From Squalus acanthias (lineage: Eukaryota), in the NCBI GenBank assembly GCA_030390025.1, contig CM059432.1:14014001-14078000 (forward strand): 64,000 bases of DNA. The letters are read 5' to 3'. This document shows positions 24,618-37,032 of this stretch, piece after piece (the stretch's first letter is position 1; every line of letters begins with the position of its first letter). Under the pieces are notes generated by a model that was given only the letters and a program-made list of their open reading frames with translations, made no database searches and was not told the origin of the DNA. Position numbers and translations under genes: made by a program.

Positions 24618-25003
24618 AATGTCACTGAAGCAGATTGCGTGCCTCTCCAGCAGAGGAGAGAGGGGAAAAAACCAAAAAACTATTTTCGCATCCCTCCCTT
24701 AGCTCTGTGTGTCAAGATTATTCTGCCCAGCTGCCAATCAAAGTTATCACCTTGAACAAAAAACTGCCCGCATGTGTGGAAGCTCATGGCACCGGTATTG
24801 TTTGTTCAGCTAAACTCCCTCCCCCTCCCCCGCCAGGTGCATTGAATGAAGATCTATTCTAGGACCGGTGCTAACTGCTCTGGGATGTGCTCAGCGACTT
24901 CCCATTATTCCTAATTAATGTTCTAAATGGGTTTTTGTATTTCTTGTGAGTTAACCCTTTGTAATCTGAATCTATCTTTATAACAATATCGTAACAGTAG
25001 CAA

Positions 25004-25292
25004 AACTAGAGGCCATCAAGATAAGATAGTCACCAAGAAATCCAATAGGAATTCAGAAGGAACTTCTTTACTCAGAGAGTGGTGAGAATGTGGAACTCGC
25101 TACCACAGGGAGTGGTTGAAGTGAATAGTATTTAAGGGGAGGCTAGACAAACATATGAGGTAGAAAGGAATAGAGGGTTATGTTGACAGAGTTAGATGAG
25201 GAAAGATGGGAGGAGGCTCGAGTGGAGCATAAACGCCAGCATGGACTGGTTGGGCTGAATGGCCTGTTACTGTGCTGTATATCCTTTGTAAT
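25004..25292 (+). mobile_element. CR1 3' fragment
   Basis: TRGH..., FRRNFFTQRVVRMWNSLP, 3'UTR TGGGCTGAATGGCCTGTT. Confidence 0.8.
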
Positions 25293-26149
25293 CCCTATTT
25301 AATGAATAAGAACAAAATTCCTTTCAGGCCAAATAGGTAAAAGTCCCAAAATGTTAGATAAATCCATACTGATAGATCCATTGCAGCAGGGTTCTAATCT
25401 TTAGTCCTTGATTTGGGAGGATCTAAATTTCAAACTCTCTCTGAAGTTAAAACCAAAACAAATGCTCAAATTTACTCCATTATCAACCTGACATTGTGCC
25501 CTTGAGTGACCTCAGCTTTACATTTTACAAGGAGTAGACTTTTAGGCCTTCTGAACCCAAAGCTGAGAAAAATTGAAGGCTCGTTCTGAATAAATACAGT
25601 ACCCTGTGATCTTACTGCTGACAGTGACCTTGATTAATATCCGTGCTTTCAGCCCAGGGCTGTGCACATCAGCTATTAATCTTGTTTCGGTTTGCAAGAT
25701 TGATCCCAGTGCTGGACCAGCTTAAAAAGAAATCACAAACTGTTGGTGTTTATTCAGCACTTGCCTGCTGCCATAAGTCACTATTGTCATTATCGCATTG
25801 CCTACATGTGATTTCAGTCTCACATGAGGCAGTTGACTCTTAATGCCTGCTGGGCAAATAAGGCTGGGCAATAAAAACAAATAATGCCCGTATTTTTTTG
25901 CTGTCACCTGGGTTACAACTGCAAATCATTGTAATTATTTTATTCCCTTATTGCGATTGATAAAAATATTGGTTTCAGTAAAAATTCACTTCACTGATGT
26001 TACAGTCATCAGAATTTTCTGAGTAAGGCCTGATATTTATGAATATTGTAAAATGAAGAAAGATAAATACATGCACTCAATGTTCCATTTCTCATGATGC
26101 AGCTTTCTTATCTGCTGGAACTTATAATAATGAAATTCTAGACTGCTCC

Positions 26150-26608
26150 ATGTGTCAGCTGTGGCTCAGTGGGTAGCACCCTCGCCTCTGAGTCAGAAGG
26201 TTGTGGGTTCAAGTCTCACCCCATGGGACTTGAGCACAAAAAGCTAGGCTGACGCTCCAGTGCAGTACCGAGGGAGTGCTGCACTGTCTGAGAGGCCGTC
26301 TTTCAGATGAGATATTAAATCGAGGCCTCTCAGGTGGACATAAAAAATCCTATGGCATTATTTTGAAGAAGAGCAGGCGAGTTATCTCCGGTGTCCTGGC
26401 CAATATTTATCCCTCAATCAACATCACTAAAAAAACTGGTCATTAGCACATTGTTGTTTGTGGGAGCTTGCTGTGCGCCAATTGGCTGCCGCGTTTCCCA
26501 CATTACAACAGTGACAACACTTCAAAAAAAGTACTTCATTGGCTGTAAAACGCTGTGGGACATCCGGTGGTCGTGAAAGGCGCTATATAAATGCAAGTCT
26601 TTTTCTTT
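26150..26608 (+). mobile_element. DeuSINE (SacSINE1/AmnSINE1-like), near full length
   Basis: A box TGGCTCAGTGGG, B box GGTTCAAGTCT, Deu core CCGGTGTCCTGGCCAATATTTATCCCTC, L2-like tail AAGGCGCTATATAAATGCAAG. Confidence 0.85.
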
Positions 26609-26924
26609 AACTGTGAAGATGATGCTGAGAAGAGCCAAACAGCTGTTTCCCAGCATCAAAGGATTGCATTACAAGGAAAGACTGGAGAAACTGGGGCCCT
26701 TCAACCTTGAACGGAAGCAACTGAGAGGGGATCTTACAAAGGTTTTTCTTGTTTTTGTAACATTATTCTCAGAGACCTTATTGCCTCTTGATACACTAGC
26801 CTAGCACTAATGCTACAACCACTGGCACCCTTTCAAAGCCAAACTATGTGGGATTTTGTGTACGAGTGCGTGAGCATATATGTGCGTGCCGCATGTGAAA
26901 GCGCTGAATGCGACAGACTAAGGA

Positions 26925-27909
26925 CAGGTCTAATAGCCCAAAACTGGACATCCATGAGGCACCTGTGGTTCACCATCAGCAGCAAAATTGTTTACCACCA
27001 CAAGGCTTAGGAAATTTCTCACTCCCTCATCTCCATCAAGCCAGGAGACCAACCCTGGTTCAACATGGAGTTTAGAAAGTTGTGTGCCAGGAGCAGCACC
27101 AGGCGTACCTTCGAACGAGGCACTAATCCAGTGAAGCTACTATAATACAAGGCTACCTGCATGCTAAACACCAAAAGCAGCAGGTTATAGGCAGAGCGCA
27201 GTGGTACCACAACTAACAGATCAGAGTAAAACTCTGTAGCCCAACCACATCCAGTCAAGATTGATGGTAGACAATCAGGCAACTAACAGGAGGAGGATGT
27301 AGCTTCCCATCCTCCACTATGTTGGAGCCCAGGACATGAATGCAAGAAACAAAGATGAAGTGTTTTCGAGCAGCTTCAGCCAAAAGTACCAGGTGGTCAC
27401 TCTCACTCCACCACATCTTGAAGTTCTAACTATCAAAGGTGCCAGTATCTAGCCAATTCAAATCATTCCATGTGACATTAAGAAGCAGCTGAATGCACTG
27501 GACACAGCAAAGGCTATGGGCCTTGACAACATCCCAGCTCTAATACTGAAGGCCTAGACAAGATGCACTGCAGCAACTCGCCAAGGCTTCTTCGGCAGCA
27601 CCTCCCAAACCCGTGACTTCTACCACCTAGAAGGACAAGGGCAGCAGGCGGATGGGAACACCAGCACCTCCAAGTTCCCCTCCAAGTTACACACCATCCT
27701 GACTTGGAAGTATATCGCCGTTCCTTCATCGTCGCTGGGTCAAAATCCTGGAACTCCCTACCTAACAGCACTGTGGGAGTACCTTCACCACATGACTGCA
27801 GCGGTTCAGGAAGGCGGCTCACCACCACCTTCTCAAGGGCAATTAGGGACGGGCAATAAATGCTGGCCTTGCCAGCGACGCCCACATCCCATGAACGAAT
27901 AAAAAAAAA
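26925..27909 (+). mobile_element. LINE family B: old ORF2 relic joined to a younger 3' end
   Basis: IKPGDQPWFN and KAMGLDNIPA-like (KA.GPD.IP) motifs; 27557-27909 matches the 3' end of 55985-56894. Confidence 0.7.
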
Positions 27910-27960
27910 TCTTACAAAGTCTCCCAGTTACCTGATATAGTAATGCTGGAGACAGGAACA

Positions 27961-28467
27961 GGCCTGGGTTCTCCGTTCAATGGCTGTGTTCTGGTGGGGT
28001 GGGACTTCCACCTGCCCCATCAACACCACAGTTTCCTGGGTCAGAGGTCATTAAGGATGCAGGGCCAGGAGGGCCATAAAAGGATAGAAGTGCTGGGCCT
28101 ATTGGACCTCCGAAAACAACTGGGCATTCAGCAAGTAAGTGTCAGGGGCAGAACAGAGGGAGAGAAGGCCCCCTCCAGTTCTGGGGGGCCTCCTCGGGAC
28201 TGTTACCGCTGCTTCCTGGGACCTTTTCCCACGGCCCTGGGAAGCACAATAACGCAGGCAGACAGGAGTGAAATATGCTGGAGGGCCGAACCCCACTGCA
28301 CGCCGCTGCTATTTATCTGTGGTACGCAGGGAAGGAGAGGCCATCGGCAGTCCTGGCGGGGGAGGGAAATAGAAGTTGGGTGGTGGTAGGTCTCATCGCC
28401 AGCACTTTCCTTCAATCCGCACCATCCTCTCCAATTTCAGGTAGAATCCTGGAGGAAAATCCAGCCC
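27961..28467. mobile_element. Probable Harbinger-type MITE remnant
   Basis: Right end GAAAATCCAGCCC identical to the M1 TIR; left end uncertain. Confidence 0.35.
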
Positions 28468-30524
28468 ATGGCGTCTTGGTGCATTTGTCCCTACACCTGT
28501 CCCTATTTTAGCATCGGAGTGAATGGGATTAGGACTCATCTCCTAGTCATGGGGCAGCCCCTTACATCAGAATGGTCGTCCTAGAAGCTGAGAATGCTGG
28601 TATATCTGCACTGGGTAGGCGGCAATGCTGACCACTAGGAGGCGTAGGCTGATGCCAGCATTGCGTGGGTCTGATGCCAGCATTAGTTGGGAATGTGCTG
28701 TCAGAATGCCGAGCTTGATGCCAGCTTTCGGTTGCGTGCTAGCAGCTTGGTACCTGACTAAGAAAATGATTCGTTGCTGCAGCTGGTGCCATTGGGCGGA
28801 TGTAGCGGATACCCCGCCCACACGCCCGTCCGATTTGCACCAGAGCTGACAATCCAGGGAGGAACTCTGGGCCATGGTGTTTAGTCAAAATATGGGGCAG
28901 AGCAATGTTAAGTGAAGAGAAAAAGTAAAGAAGAAAGAGAAAGTTACTCCCACTGTCACAATGTTCATATCCTGAAATGCAGAGATGAGTAATTGAGGCA
29001 TCCTTTTTGGGCCATTTTCAGAAAGCCTTAACCTTCAGTTAGCTGTGATGAGCAGTGACACAGTGTTCGACACAGGACCAATTCTGATAGCTCATGCATA
29101 AAACTTGCTGTCCTAACTCCCTGTGAATGATGGTTGCCAGCACAGTTACACATCAATCAGTCACAGCAGTGCAGCAAGCTTAACAATCCTCAAATATAGA
29201 GCAACTCTGGAATTTGAATCACTGGGATCGTTCTTTCTTCCCCCGCCCCAAAAATTGAAAATATTTTCTCCCCTGTATAGCCCCACTTGTACTGGTGTGC
29301 AATCACTGATTGGGTCTTGCCAAGCCTTCTTTGTAACTTGGCGAGCAGGCAGATTGATGCAAGTTGGTTCGCCCTTATGAATTTCCCTAGATCTCTCTCT
29401 TCAGTATGTCCTTAGATGCCTATGACTGAGATCAGGAACCTCACTGTGTGAGGAAATTTCAACTAAGATCTATCGGTCTGTGGGTTTTAGCATTCCAGCT
29501 CACTACGGTGCACTGGTGGGGTGTGGGGTGAATAAGACTAAATGTGTGTAAAATTTCTATGTGCAATATTTTCATTACGTTGGCAAGACTTTGTTGAAAT
29601 TTTATACAAGTAGATTTTTAATGTGCTAAAATAATCATCTCTCCTGGTCTCCCTGCAGCAGACGGTTGCACAGCATCATGCCGACCACATGTACATACCA
29701 TCTCACATGCAAGCAAACTAAACAGGGATCTCATTCACGCAGCCAAAGGGACAATTCCTTAATGCAACTAGCTTTGCGATCAGTTACAAACTATGGGGTC
29801 AATTAATCAGAGTAGCCTTTCTGTTGTGACAATGACGTCCAAGGGAACTATTGAAGTGAAGCCAGTTGGATAAGCATTGTACAATTCGAGCTATGGTTGT
29901 TTCCTCACATTTGTTGTGTCTTGTCCTTTTAGTCAGAAGGAAATCGTTTTTGGCAGGGCAGCTATTGGAAGACAGATAGGAGAGTTCACATGCCCAAATT
30001 TGTAATTCCTCTTCACCCACTATCTCTGTATTCTATGTACACTATATCAGCAGAGTACATCTTTCCAAACATAGCTTTTAATCTGATTTGTTTCCCCTCT
30101 GATATTCAGTATTAGATTCACCTATGGTTGCTGTGAGGCTAGTGATTAGATTACTTAAGTGTTATTTTTCAGTCGGTTTCCCTAGTCAGCAATAGAATTT
30201 GATGGAATGCAATTATTTTCAGGCAGAAAGCACTTGTGCTGTGCAGCGCACTGTGCTCCTGGAGTGAGGTTTGTAGAGTTACTTGTCAAACCAAGCTGTC
30301 AATCTCTGACAAGCATGCTTGCTAGTGAATACTAACAGCCAGTACCGATGCGCTTATCAGAATTGCAGAAAAACTTTAACAAGTTTTTAAAAATAGTCGT
30401 CAGTTTAGGAATTACTGTTGTTGATATCAGCGGAAGAAGACTTAACGCTTTCATATGATGGGTTAAGGCAGGGGCGGAGCCAGGCGATGTTATGATGGGC
30501 TAAGACAGGTGATGTTGTTTTGTT

Positions 30525-31100
30525 TTAATTCGTCTACGGGATGTGGGCATCGCTGGCAAAGCCAGCATTTATAGCCCATCCCTAGTTACCTTCGAGAAGG
30601 TGGTGGTGAGCCGCTGATGTCCGTGTGGTGAAGATACTCCCACAGTGCTGTTATACTTCTTTTGTAGCGGTTTGGTACAACTGAGTGGCTTGCTAGGTCA
30701 TTTCAGAGGGCAGTTAAGAGTCAACTGTGGGTCTGGAGTCACATATCGGCCAGACCGGGTAAGGACGGCAGATTTCCTTCCCTAAAGGACATTAGTGAAC
30801 CAGATGGCAAGTTGTTCCAAACCGCTACAAAGAAGTGTAACAGCACTGTGGGAGTATCTTCACCATATGGACTGCAACGGCTCACCACCACCTTCTCGAG
30901 GGCAATTAGGGATGGGCAATAAATCCCGTAGTTTCATGGTCACCATTACTGACACTAGCTTTTTATTCCAGATTTATTTCATTAATTTAATTTAAATTCC
31001 CCAGCTGCCGTGGTGGGATTTACAACTCACGTCCTCCGGATCTTTAGTCCAGGCCTCTGGATCACTCGTCCAGTAACATAACCACTATGCTACCGTACCC
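30525..31100 (-). mobile_element. SINE family S1 with internal inverted duplication
   Basis: Reverse complement of 373-860; tail segment present twice in opposite orientation. Confidence 0.8.
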
Positions 31101-31101
31101 G

Positions 31102-31328
31102 ATGTGGGCTCAGGCAGGGGCAGAGATAGGTGATGTTATGGATTTGGAAGGAGGCAGTCTTTGTGATCGAGAGGAATGGGGTCGGAGCTCAGCTTGGGAT
31201 TAAATAGGACGCCGAGGCTGCAAAGTATCTCGTTCAAATTGAGACAGTGGCTGGGCAGGGGATGGAATCAGTGGCACGGGTACGAGGTTTGTAGCAGGGG
31301 TTGAAGACGATGGCTTCTGTCTTCCTAA
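31102..31328 (-). mobile_element. L2 LINE fragment
   Basis: Homologous to 60190-60460 (ITKTASFQIHNITYL-like on minus). Confidence 0.6.
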
Positions 31329-32023
31329 AGGCGGAAGAAAGGTCTGTGGTCTGCTGATGTTCCCCAGCTTGCCTCCTTTTATCTGGTACCTCCTTTGCCA
31401 TGAAATTGAGATGGTTTAAAGTCTTACCGTAAGGGGTTGAGCAAATATGGCCACTAGTGTTATTTTTCCAAAATTAAGATTTTCAATAAAAACTCAGAAA
31501 TATAGGAGCAGGTTTCTGGAAGGTGGGTGTGTGAAGCGAGCATTAACCCCCTCCGCCCGACGGCAGGAACGGGGAGCCCTGGGCTATATAACTCCCAGGC
31601 CTCTTTTACATCCCGCCGACCAGCTAATCGCCTGAAACAGGTCAATGAGACAGCTGGCCAGTTAAAATCGCGTGGCCCAGAAGCCGCCCTCTGACTGGAA
31701 GGTAAAGTGGCAGCGAGGGGGTTTCGGCACAGTCTCGCAGGTGAGAAATGGAGAGAAGCCTGGGGCAGCAGTAAATTTTCCAGCGCCCTTATCACTGGAA
31801 TGAAGATTATTCCTTCCTCCAAGCTCACATCCCCAGTATTTGTTATTCTATCTGTTATTTTTTTAAATGCTAAATATTTGTGGGGATATTATTCTGTGCC
31901 GCTCCAGTGGATGTAGAGCAGATTAGAATATATAGTGGTGATACTGTGATCTTTTGCTCCCAACAGAAATTCTATCCTGTGATTTTCATGTAAATGAATG
32001 GGCAGAATGTCATGAGCTGGGCA

Positions 32024-32400
32024 TAGCGCTGCCAAACCTCCAGGATTGCCCTGGTATCTCCAGGAATGAAAGATTAATCTCCTGGACACTGCTGCGAGTA
32101 ACCCAGGAGAAAAGTGATAGGAGCTTTAAAAGAAATGATTTTTTTCCCCATTTTCTTTGTAAACTTTCATTTCTTAGTTATTGGACATGGGGGAAAAAGG
32201 CTGTTTGACTGACAGTCAAGAATCATCCAATCAGGTAGTGAGGAGTCTGATCATGTTCCAATTGGAATGGGAAGGCGGGGCACGGTGAGGATGGACGTGT
32301 CCGACGACCAATGGCGGGAGTGTGGGGGCGGGGACGTTGGAGGCGGGCGGTCATGTGATGATATCTCCAGGAATACATCCAACCAGAGTTGGCGACCCTT
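32024..32400. mobile_element. hAT-like MITE
   Basis: Degenerate TIR TAG(GGT)TGCCAAC...GTTGGCGACCCT; 8-bp flanks GCTGGGCA and GGTGGGCA (7/8); paralogue at 46885-47507. Confidence 0.7.
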
Positions 32401-33286
32401 GGTGGGCACCCATGAGCTCCCGATATGTGCACCCTGCAAAGAGTGACAAATCATGGAATTGCCTCATCTAAGCTTCAACGAATCAAAGGTTTAAAGCAAG
32501 AAACGTATGGAAATGACATTGTGTGGTAAATTTACACAAGACTGGTTGCAGAAAATAGCAGCATTTGTAAAATCAAACCAATGTCCGTGAAAGAAAATAT
32601 AACATAGCACAAATGGGTGATCAGCGGATTACATTCAAGTGCAGCACAGATATGACAGAAAGCGAATGGTGCATTATTGTCAGGTCTAATTTGTGGTTAT
32701 GCTTTTAACGCAGTCCCTGTACAGGTCTCTTCCTTGCTTATAGTTTACGACTGCAGAAAAATTCTGCTGCAGGAAGCAAAAACTGTCAACACAAATCGAA
32801 TCTGTTAACAATGCTATGCTGTGTGAACTATTCATTCCGAACAGCCGCATTTACTTCAACATTTTTTTCCCAGTTTATTGTGCATTTGGGCTGTGAATTG
32901 AATGTTGGAAATTGTCCCTGGGTGCGCAGTGCAGCTCTGTGAGGTGGCTGTACCCTGAATTTGTTATCAATGCTTCTTGGACTGAAGTACTTAATGAAAT
33001 GTAGAACAAAATGATGGACAGGTATTTTGAGTACCTGCTAATATTTAGTGCCGTGAATGTATGATGAATTATACCCAGGTTAAAAATTCACAATGCACTA
33101 AATTACAAAACCGCAATCACCGAATTACAAGAAGGTGATCCAGCCCAGATACTGAATTTTGATCACTGGGTAACAATCAGGACTGGGACTTTACACTGAT
33201 TACATTCCCACACCCCTCCAGCCCAGGCACACTGAGGCTAGTGGTAGCACTATCGTACTGCTGTCTGACTGGGATCAGGCTAACAG

Positions 33287-33600
33287 CTCTGTTCCCACTA
33301 GTTGATGGTACAAGGACTAGGGGACACAGATTTAAGGTTTTGGGCAAGAGATACAGGGGGGATGTGAGGAAAAACTTTTTTACGCAGCGAGTGGTGAGGA
33401 CCTGGAACTCGCTGCCGACGGAAGTGGAGACACTCAATGTTTTCAAGGGGAGACTGGATAGGCACTTGAGGGAAATAAACTTGCAGGGCTACGGGGATAG
33501 AGCGGGGGAACGGGACTGACTGGGTTGCTCTACAGAGAGCCGGCACGGACTCGATGGGCCGAATGGCTTCCTTCTGTGCCGTTATGACTCTCTGACTCTT
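33287..33600 (+). mobile_element. CR1 3' fragment
   Basis: LFPLVDGTRTRGHRFKVLGKRYRGDVRKNFFTQRVVRTWNSLP; TGACTCTC tail. Confidence 0.9.
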
Positions 33601-33884
33601 TAATAAGGGGACAGTGTAATTAGAATCGCCACTAAACCCATGCAGCTGTCACTGCAGCATGTGACTGATTCACTTCAGAATGATTTTCACAGCTCAGTGT
33701 TTCATTTCAATTTAAGGAGGGGAAAAGAAAACTGCAAAAGCCGGAATTCTGAAATGAAAACAGTAAACACTGGAAACATACACCAGCATCTGCAGTGAAA
33801 AGTTGATGTTTTGAACAGAATGGAAGGAGTGTTTTTGCAAGTGTTTCTCTGACACTTGTCATCAAAGAGCCATCTCCGGAGTGT

Positions 33885-34225
33885 CAGCTGGGAGCAGTTG
33901 GTAGCACTCGCACCTCTCAATCAAGCTGTACTCTGGGACTTGCTTCATAGTTGAGGCTGACACTCCAGTGCCTGTTCAGGTGGATGTAAAAGATCCAATG
34001 GCACCAGTTGAAGAAGCGGAGGAGATGGCTTGGCACACCTGTCTTCCTTTAGTCTACCTCACCAAAAACAGACCAACGGCTCATTCATATCATTGTTGCT
34101 GCAGTGTTTGCCTACATGGCACAAGAGGATGCACTTTGAAGGAAAGTAACTGATTGTATGTGAAATGTTTTGTGTGTCTTGACAGATGTTTTAAGGTAAC
34201 ATATAAATGCGAATCCCTTCTTTCT
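33885..34225 (+). mobile_element. Degenerate DeuSINE
   Basis: tRNA-like head and CAGGTGGATGTAAAAGATCC..TGGCAC core, ATATAAATGC tail. Confidence 0.55.
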
Positions 34226-34353
34226 TAATCTTGTCATTTTATGTAGCTGACAAATTGAAATAGGGCACCAGCAGGACTGTGCTGTAAAACTAATCTCTGC
34301 TAGCTCGTCACAATTTTTCCTGTTCTGCCAGCATTTCATCACAACAACACAGT

Positions 34354-35440
34354 GGCCGGCATTTTCGGGGGTCCGTGCGGACGCGATTGGAGGCGGGTCG
34401 GGTGGGAGATTTGAAATAAGTTGCAGCGGATCGGGAACCCACCGTCATCCCGCCCCCACTCGCCTTTCCCTCGGGCGTGTTTGCCGGCGCGGCAGCGACC
34501 CGACCGGCAGAGGCGGGCGACCAAATTCAAATCATTAACAGGTAGTTGTCAGACCCTTAAGTGCCTTTTTCAGCCTACCTTTCGAATTTCCCTGGCTGCC
34601 CACGGGATTCACGCAGCTCAGGAAACACACTTGTCAGCCTGAGGCGGGAGTTGAGTGGCCATTGCTCCAGCTGATTAGTTGACAGCATCAAATGTACTAT
34701 AAAAGCTCCCACCTCACAGCTGATCACTTTCCTCAGGCAGAAGCTGTTGCTGGCTGCATTCCCAGCACACATTTAGCTTTCTACTGGCTGCAAGTGTTTC
34801 CAGCAAAGTCGCCATCCAGTCTCACCTCATTGGTACAACCTATCACACCATTGGCAGCTTGCTCCTCTGACCTCTACTTGACCTGCCATCTATACCATCA
34901 GCATGGGTGCCGTTTATACTGTCTTACCTTGGTCCTCAGAATCGAACCACGATGAGCCCCAACACCAGCAGCACCAGGCACACCCGCAGCACCAACAACA
35001 ACACCACCAACCTCTCCTCAACACCCTGATGCTGCACAGGACAGAGGGCATCAGCGCAGGGCTGCACTGTGCCGGAGGCGGTACTCCCCAGCACAGGGTA
35101 TACGGGCAGAGGATGAGCTTCCTCAACATGACTGAGCAGCAGTGCCAAAGGAGGCTCAGGCTGTCACGCCAGGTTGTTGCAGACATTTGCACATTGCTGG
35201 AGCAAGACTTGCAGCCCAGAGGAATGGGTAGACATGTCTTACCGGTGACTGTCAAAGTCACCAGCACCCTCAACTTCTTTGCCTCAGGCTCCTTCCAGGG
35301 ATCTGCAGCAAACATTTGCGGCATCTCACAGTTGGCCGCCCACAGATGCATCACACAGGTAACCGATGCCCTGTTTGACAAGTCAGCCAATTATATCAAC
35401 TTTGCCACTGATGAAGCCAGTGTTACTGTGCGGGCATCCA
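34354..35440 (+). mobile_element. Harbinger H1 nuclease-side end, truncated
   Basis: TIR GGCCGGCATTTTC; reverse complement of about 45310-46364. Confidence 0.85.
34903..35440 (+). pseudogene. HARBI1-like Harbinger transposase N-terminal fragment
   Basis: [20 protein letters not shown]...[20 protein letters not shown]....[19 protein letters not shown]......YINF; stops before the DDE core. Confidence 0.85.
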
Positions 35441-36442
35441 CCAGTTTGGATGAAAGGTCATTGACCTGAAACGTTGGCTGCGATTTTGCAAATGGATGAG
35501 GCTTGGGAGCGGGTCAGCTGGTTTCCGGGTTCCAGTCCCGCCCCCAACTGCATCCAGCCCACAGACGTGATTTTACGTCGATTGGCCTTGTTAAGCCCGC
35601 CCTGCGGGCTTGCCGGCCAATTAAGAGGAAGCTGGTGTCAGATGACGTCATTTGATGACGTGTCATCTGCCGGTTTTCTTAAAGGGACCACGCACAATTT
35701 TTCTTTGACAGCTCATTTCTCAGTGTTTGACAGCATTGAGGGGCTGCAAACACTGACAATCACTGTTCAAAGGTGAGCTCTTGCACCCAGGCTCTCCAGT
35801 GACTCCCTCCATAGGCTAGAACAGATGGCAGCTGCAGGTGAGGTTACAGAAGCGATGTGTCACTGGTGAGAGAGGTTCTCCCAATGAGGTGGGACTAGAC
35901 AGCCAATTCAAATCTGTTACCTACAGAAAAGTGTAAAAACATTAAGAATGATTTCCCCAACATTTCCTTACCTCTGAAACTCACCAGTGCACCATTGGAA
36001 CCTTCACACCACTTCTGCAGCTGTCATCAATGCAGAAACACTACAGCAGACTCACAACACGCCACACTTACCTGGCGTGGTGTCCGGACGTCGGGGAACC
36101 CGAGGCAGAAGTGGCAAAATTGAAAAAGAGCCTGTTAACAAGTATCAAGTACCTGTTAACAGCCAGGCTATAATCCTCTTCCCGCCGCTAGGTGTCGGGT
36201 CCATGCGCAAATCGGGTCCATGCGCAAATCGGGGACCCGACACTCGGGAAGATTGATTGGAAGCGGGTTGACAGCGGGTTTCCTGTCCGCTGTCAATCTT
36301 TGCGATTTTGCCGGCGGTCCCGCCTCCAATCCTGCACTCTGAGGACCGGCAAAATTCCGGCTGTTAACTCTGTTTCTCTCTCTCCACAGATGCTGCCTGA
36401 CCCGCTGAGTATTTCCAGCATTTTCTGTTTATTTTTTCAGAT
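35441..36442 (+). mobile_element. P2 hammerhead-type insert split by a Harbinger MITE
   Basis: ...GATGAAAGGTCATTGACCTGAAACGTT [MITE] GTTAACTCTGTTTCTCTCTCTCCACAGATGCTGCC... Confidence 0.75.
35476..36362. mobile_element. Harbinger H1-related MITE (about 0.89 kb)
   Basis: TIR GGCTGCGATTTTGC...GCAAAATTCCGGCT, TSD GTT at 35473-35475 and 36363-36365; paralogue at 61239-62115. Confidence 0.85.
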
Positions 36443-36715
36443 TTTGCTTTTGGTTTATCGAGCAATCTACCCTTCTAATCCCTAGTCTTGCTTAAGGCTT
36501 TTAAACGTGTGCTTGTGTTCTCTACTTTCACGCATACAGTTCAAGTTAAATAACCTGCTTACATCTTCGTTATCAATTCTTCTCTGCAATTTAAAAATCT
36601 GGATCATGTCTTCCCTCAATCTTTACTCCAACCTCTTTGTACATGTCCTGAATCCTAGAATCATCCTGGCTATTCTTTTCCAAATCCTCCGCAATGCGCC
36701 AATGTCCTTTTTGAA

Positions 36716-37032
36716 GGCAACACGGTGGCATAGTGGTTAGCACTGTTGCCTCACAGCGCCAGGGACCCGGGTTCGAATCCGGCCTCAGTTGACTGTCTGT
36801 GTGGAGTTTGCACATTCTCCCCGTGTCTGCGTGGGTTTCCTCCGGGTGCTCCGGTTTCCTCCCACAGTCCAAAGATGTGCGGGTTAGGTTGATTTGGCTA
36901 TGATAAATTGACCCTTAGTGTTGGGGGGATTAAATACGTGGGGTTACGGGGATAGGGTGGGATATGTGTCGGTGCAGGCTCGATGGGCCGAAATGGCCTC
37001 TATCTGCATTGTGGGGATTCTGTGATTCTGTG
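36716..37032 (+). mobile_element. HE1-type V-SINE
   Basis: tRNA head TGGCATAGTGG...GGTTCGAATCC, V domain GTGGAGTTTGCACATTCTCCCCGTGTCTGCGTGGGTTTCCTCCGGGTGCTCCGGTTTCCTCCCAC, CR1-like tail GATGGGCCGAAATGGCCT...GATTCTGTGATTCTGTG. Confidence 0.9.

Noticed and set aside
34903..35469. Host HARBI1 gene
   Set aside because: Lies within a TIR-bounded multicopy element and is truncated before the DDE core.
36716..36790. tRNA gene
   Set aside because: A/B boxes run directly into the V domain, so this is a SINE head. The same applies at 26155.
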